Below are positions 7,175 to 9,684 of a stretch of 9,684 bases of DNA, one piece after another. Each line of letters opens with the position of its first letter. Within the stretch, counting starts at the first letter, position 1. Made by a program: the position numbers and the translations under genes. This DNA comes from an uncultured archaeon (GTDB taxonomy: Archaea > Asgardarchaeota > Lokiarchaeia > Sigyniarchaeales > Promethearchaeaceae), in assembly GCA_964426185.1 (NCBI GenBank), contig CAYRPF010000095.1, forward strand, positions 1 to 9,684, written 5' to 3'. A model generated the notes under the pieces. That model saw only the letters and a list, made by a program, of their open reading frames with translations. It ran no database searches and was not told where the DNA came from.

Positions 7175-8179
7175 TTAATATTTTTTTTCCAAAACCATAT
7201 TTTCTTCATCTATGCATGCATTATAACATGAATTTGTAAATTGACAATGGGTCCCAGCTTGCTCTATTTCAATGGTGCAGTGTTTACTGAATTCCTTTAA
7301 TTCTTGACGGATTTGACTCCGTAATTGGGCAATTTCTTCAGAATCACACAAAGAAGTAACCACGTGTAGAGTGATGATGTTCTTCTTGCCATCTAAAGAC
7401 CAGATGTGAATGTCGTGTACATCATTTACATTTTCCATTTTCTTAAGTTGTGCAATAATTTGACTTGATTCCTTATCGAACGGATTTTTCATTAAGATAA
7501 TTTGGAAAATTTCTACAAAATATCTAATGGCTTGATACAGTATAAATACCGCTATTACGAAGGAAATAATGGTATCAATCAAAGGTATATATATAAACAT
7601 GAGAATTACACCGCTGATGAGAACTACAATCCATCCGATCATATCTTCTAATAAATGAAGAGTAACGATTTTTTCCGAATATCCTTGACGTTTTCGCAGC
7701 CTCCACATGGAAATGAAATTAACTAAAACTCCAATTACCGCCATTAAGAATATTCCAGAAGGTAGCACATCTTCTGGTGAAAAAATTCTACCAATTCCTT
7801 CTGTAATACTGTATATCGAGCCAGCAATCAAAGATAGCGCGGTAAAAAGTGTCCCTAATATTTTAAATCGTTGATATCCGTAAGTATAGCGCTTATCAGG
7901 GGCTTTTTTGCTGTATTTTGCCAATCCGTATAACAGTCCTAAAGATAAACTGTCTCCTAAATCATGAAATGCATCGGTTACTATAGCAATACTGTTTGTA
8001 TACCATCCCCCTACAAATTCAAATAGTGTGAAAAATAGATTTAGAAAAAACGGGAGTCCCAAGTTTTCTTCAGCTGAGTGGTTATGATGGTGCTGATGAG
8101 ATTGTTTGGGTTGAAAAAATTGCTTGTCTTGAAGAGATTGCTGTGGTTGATCGGGTTGTGAGTAATTTTTTTCAGTCAT
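7175..8179 (-). CDS. Cation diffusion facilitator (CzcD/ZitB-like Zn/Co/Cd exporter)
   Basis: 334 aa with about six hydrophobic segments, TM2 DAFHDLGD and TM5 LHLLED (HD-HD transport site), YTYGYQR, a cytosolic domain VHDIHIWSLDG...TLHVV...HCTIEIE, and a His-rich N-terminus. Confidence 0.93.
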   Translation of the reverse strand: MTEKNYSQPDQPQQSLQDKQFFQPKQSHQHHHNHSAEENLGLPFFLNLFFTLFEFVGGWYTNSIAIVTDAFHDLGDSLSLGLLYGLAKYSKKAPDKRYTYGYQRFKILGTLFTALSLIAGSIYSITEGIGRIFSPEDVLPSGIFLMAVIGVLVNFISMWRLRKRQGYSEKIVTLHLLEDMIGWIVVLISGVILMFIYIPLIDTIISFVIAVFILYQAIRYFVEIFQIILMKNPFDKESSQIIAQLKKMENVNDVHDIHIWSLDGKKNIITLHVVTSLCDSEEIAQLRSQIRQELKEFSKHCTIEIEQAGTHCQFTNSCYNACIDEENMVLEKKY

Positions 8180-8531
8180 TTTCGATTTTCACTTCATTTA
8201 AAAGATCAAGATGTTCCTCCAAACAAGAGAGTGTTTCATCGCAACTTTCCCCTCCATGCAAGTGTTGAATTGAATCGCTTAAGATATGAAGAACGTGAGT
8301 ATCTGCTAACGAATAATAACGATGGTGGCCTTGTTGTTGAAATTTTATCAGCTTATTCTCCTTTAAGATATTAAGTTGATATGTGACTCCCGGAAGTGAG
8401 ATGTTACCCAAGTGTTCTTTCAATTCATTGACATTGTGTTCTTTCTTGAAAAGATATAAAAGAATTTTTATTCGTGTCTCATCACTCAACACAGAAAAAA
8501 AAGATGAAATTGTTTGGAGATCTATTTCCAT
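8172..8531 (-). CDS. ArsR/SmtB-family metalloregulatory repressor (CzrA/SmtB-like)
   Basis: 119 aa: FSVLSDETRIKILLYL, NVNEL, a winged helix (QLNILKENKLI...GHHRYYSL) and alpha5-like DTH-x10-H. Overlaps the CDF start by 8 nt (ATGACTGA), implying translational coupling. Confidence 0.92.
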   Translation of the reverse strand: MEIDLQTISSFFSVLSDETRIKILLYLFKKEHNVNELKEHLGNISLPGVTYQLNILKENKLIKFQQQGHHRYYSLADTHVLHILSDSIQHLHGGESCDETLSCLEEHLDLLNEVKIEND

Positions 8532-8534
8532 AAG

Positions 8535-8552
8535 ATTAAGTGAGTACTTAAT
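8535..8552. promoter_or_regulatory. Putative ArsR/SmtB operator, inverted repeat ATTAAGT-GAGT-ACTTAAT
   Basis: Perfect 7-4-7 inverted repeat lying 3 nt upstream of the arsR start codon and directly downstream of its TATA box. Confidence 0.65.
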
Positions 8553-8568
8553 TATTTAAAATTTTTCA
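8553..8568 (-). promoter_or_regulatory. BRE + TATA box of arsR-CDF (likely leaderless)
   Basis: Minus strand reads TGAAAAA-T-TTTAAATA, with the TATA element 22-29 nt upstream of ATG 8531. Confidence 0.6.
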
Positions 8569-8678
8569 TTATTAAATTATTAATGAAAATTTTACCTTCT
8601 TTTAACCTAAAATTTCTGAATCTCAAAACTGAAAAACCACCAATTTTTAAATTAGCATGATGCACTTAGAAAAATAGG

Positions 8679-9248
8679 ATGGGAATTGTTTTGGAAACTA
8701 AACCTGAATCATTGGAGTTAACTTTTACCTCGAAATTCAAATCACTTCACTTTTACCTGGGAGCAATATTTATCATCTTTATTGCTGCCACTATTGTTTT
8801 TTTCATTCACAATCCGCAATTGAGAATCTGGGCGTTAATAGCTGGTGCTTGTGGATTAATCTATGTCGGTACTGAAATTATCAAATACGGGCAATTTAAC
8901 CTAATCCGTTTTAAAAAATCGGGGATTTTTATTGAGAAGGAAAAATCCCATATACCAAAAGATGTTATCTTAGTAGAAGATATAGATAACATTGAATTGA
9001 AAATTCGAAAATCCCGGGTCAAAGTCGATGAAGGTGATAAACAAGCTAAATCACCCGCTTTTAAATTCTGGTTAGAAATAGTGATTGTTAAAAGGCTGGG
9101 TGAAAGAACCTTTTTAGATATGCGAAAATTCCTATCGGGAGATGAAGACAACATCTTAACCGCGGCTAAATCCATTCAAGAATTCTGCAAAACAACCTAT
9201 CATCTTGATGCAGAAATTATCGAAGATACCAATGTCTCTCTGGATTAA
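8679..9248 (+). CDS. Hypothetical membrane protein with two N-terminal TM helices and a beta-rich soluble domain
   Basis: 189-aa ORF filling the gap, with hydrophobic segments FYLGAIFIIFIAATIVFFI and IWALIAGACGLIYVG. TTTTTAAA (8644-8651) lies upstream and a T-tract lies downstream. Confidence 0.8.
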   Translation: MGIVLETKPESLELTFTSKFKSLHFYLGAIFIIFIAATIVFFIHNPQLRIWALIAGACGLIYVGTEIIKYGQFNLIRFKKSGIFIEKEKSHIPKDVILVEDIDNIELKIRKSRVKVDEGDKQAKSPAFKFWLEIVIVKRLGERTFLDMRKFLSGDEDNILTAAKSIQEFCKTTYHLDAEIIEDTNVSLD

Positions 9249-9259
9249 TTTACAGCCCC

Positions 9260-9276
9260 TTTTTTTATAGCTTTTT
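9260..9276 (+). terminator. Probable oligo-T terminator
   Basis: TTTTTTT (9260-9266) followed by TTTTT, starting 12 nt after the stop at 9248. Confidence 0.45.
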
Positions 9277-9298
9277 CATTCATACTGCATCATATTAT

Positions 9299-9314
9299 CG
9301 AAAAAGTTTTAGTA
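9299..9314 (+). promoter_or_regulatory. BRE/TATA-like promoter of the aldo/keto reductase gene
   Basis: CGAAAAAG followed by TTTTAGTA, about 29-36 nt upstream of ATG 9343. Confidence 0.45.
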
Positions 9315-9342
9315 TCAGTATTTTTATCCATACATGATTATA

Positions 9343-9684
9343 ATGAAGTATCGATATTTTCACACACTTGCTCGAGAAAGTTCAGTGCTCGGTTTTGGAT
9401 GCATGCGCTTACCGACCGTAGGAGAAGGAGATAAAAAACACATAAATGAAGAACTTGCCATAAATTTACTCCGATTGGCAATAGATAATGGAATTAACTA
9501 TATTGATACCGCGTGGCCTTATCACAATAAAGAAAGCGAAACCGTGGTGGGAAAAGCACTTCGAGATGGTTATCGGGAAAAAGTAATATTAGTTACCAAA
9601 GCGCCTGTATGGGAATATAAAAATTCTGATGATTTTGAGAATTATTTACGCTTGCAATTGGAAAAATTGCAAACCGATCACATT
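9343..9684 (+). CDS. Aldo/keto reductase, COG1453-like (3' end beyond the window; alternative in-frame ATG at 9334)
   Basis: Manual translation: MKYRYFHTLARESSVLGFGCMRLP...AIDNGINYIDTAWPYHNKESETVVGKALRDGYREKVILVTKAP...QLEKLQTDHI. The catalytic Asp/Tyr (DTAWPY) and Lys (VTK) are present, and the frame is open to the window end. Confidence 0.93.
   Translation, partial: MKYRYFHTLARESSVLGFGCMRLPTVGEGDKKHINEELAINLLRLAIDNGINYIDTAWPYHNKESETVVGKALRDGYREKVILVTKAPVWEYKNSDDFENYLRLQLEKLQTDHI

Noticed and set aside
6824-9175. ORFs 6824-7015 (+) and 8861-9175 (-)
   Set aside because: Antisense shadows of the GNAT gene and the membrane-protein gene.
1-9684. tRNA/rRNA, CRISPR arrays, transposases or integrases
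   Set aside because: No such sequence, regularly spaced repeats or mobile-element proteins were seen. Intergenic gaps are all under 150 nt.

Overview
An AT-rich (roughly one-third GC by eye), gene-dense window that is probably archaeal. It shows BRE/TATA-like elements about 22-35 nt upstream of start codons, oligo-T tracts after genes, a GGTGA Shine-Dalgarno-like motif and archaeal-type Hyp motifs; an Asgard/Lokiarchaeia-like host is only an inference. The left two-thirds is a [NiFe]-hydrogenase maturation locus: hypE-hypF on the minus strand (hypF, missing from the ORF track, runs off the left edge), a divergent HycI-type maturation endopeptidase followed closely by a C45-family Ntn-hydrolase, and a convergent hypD. 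hypA, hypB and hypC are not in the window. The right third holds a GNAT acetyltransferase, an ArsR/SmtB regulator-CDF metal exporter pair with a visible operator palindrome, a two-TM hypothetical membrane protein and the 5' part of an aldo/keto reductase. The most unusual observations are the C45 hydrolase inside the hyp cluster, a 60% GC nested hairpin overlapping its Arg-rich N-terminus, an insertion in the maturation protease, and an ArsR protein with a non-canonical alpha5 site plus a Cys/His tail.
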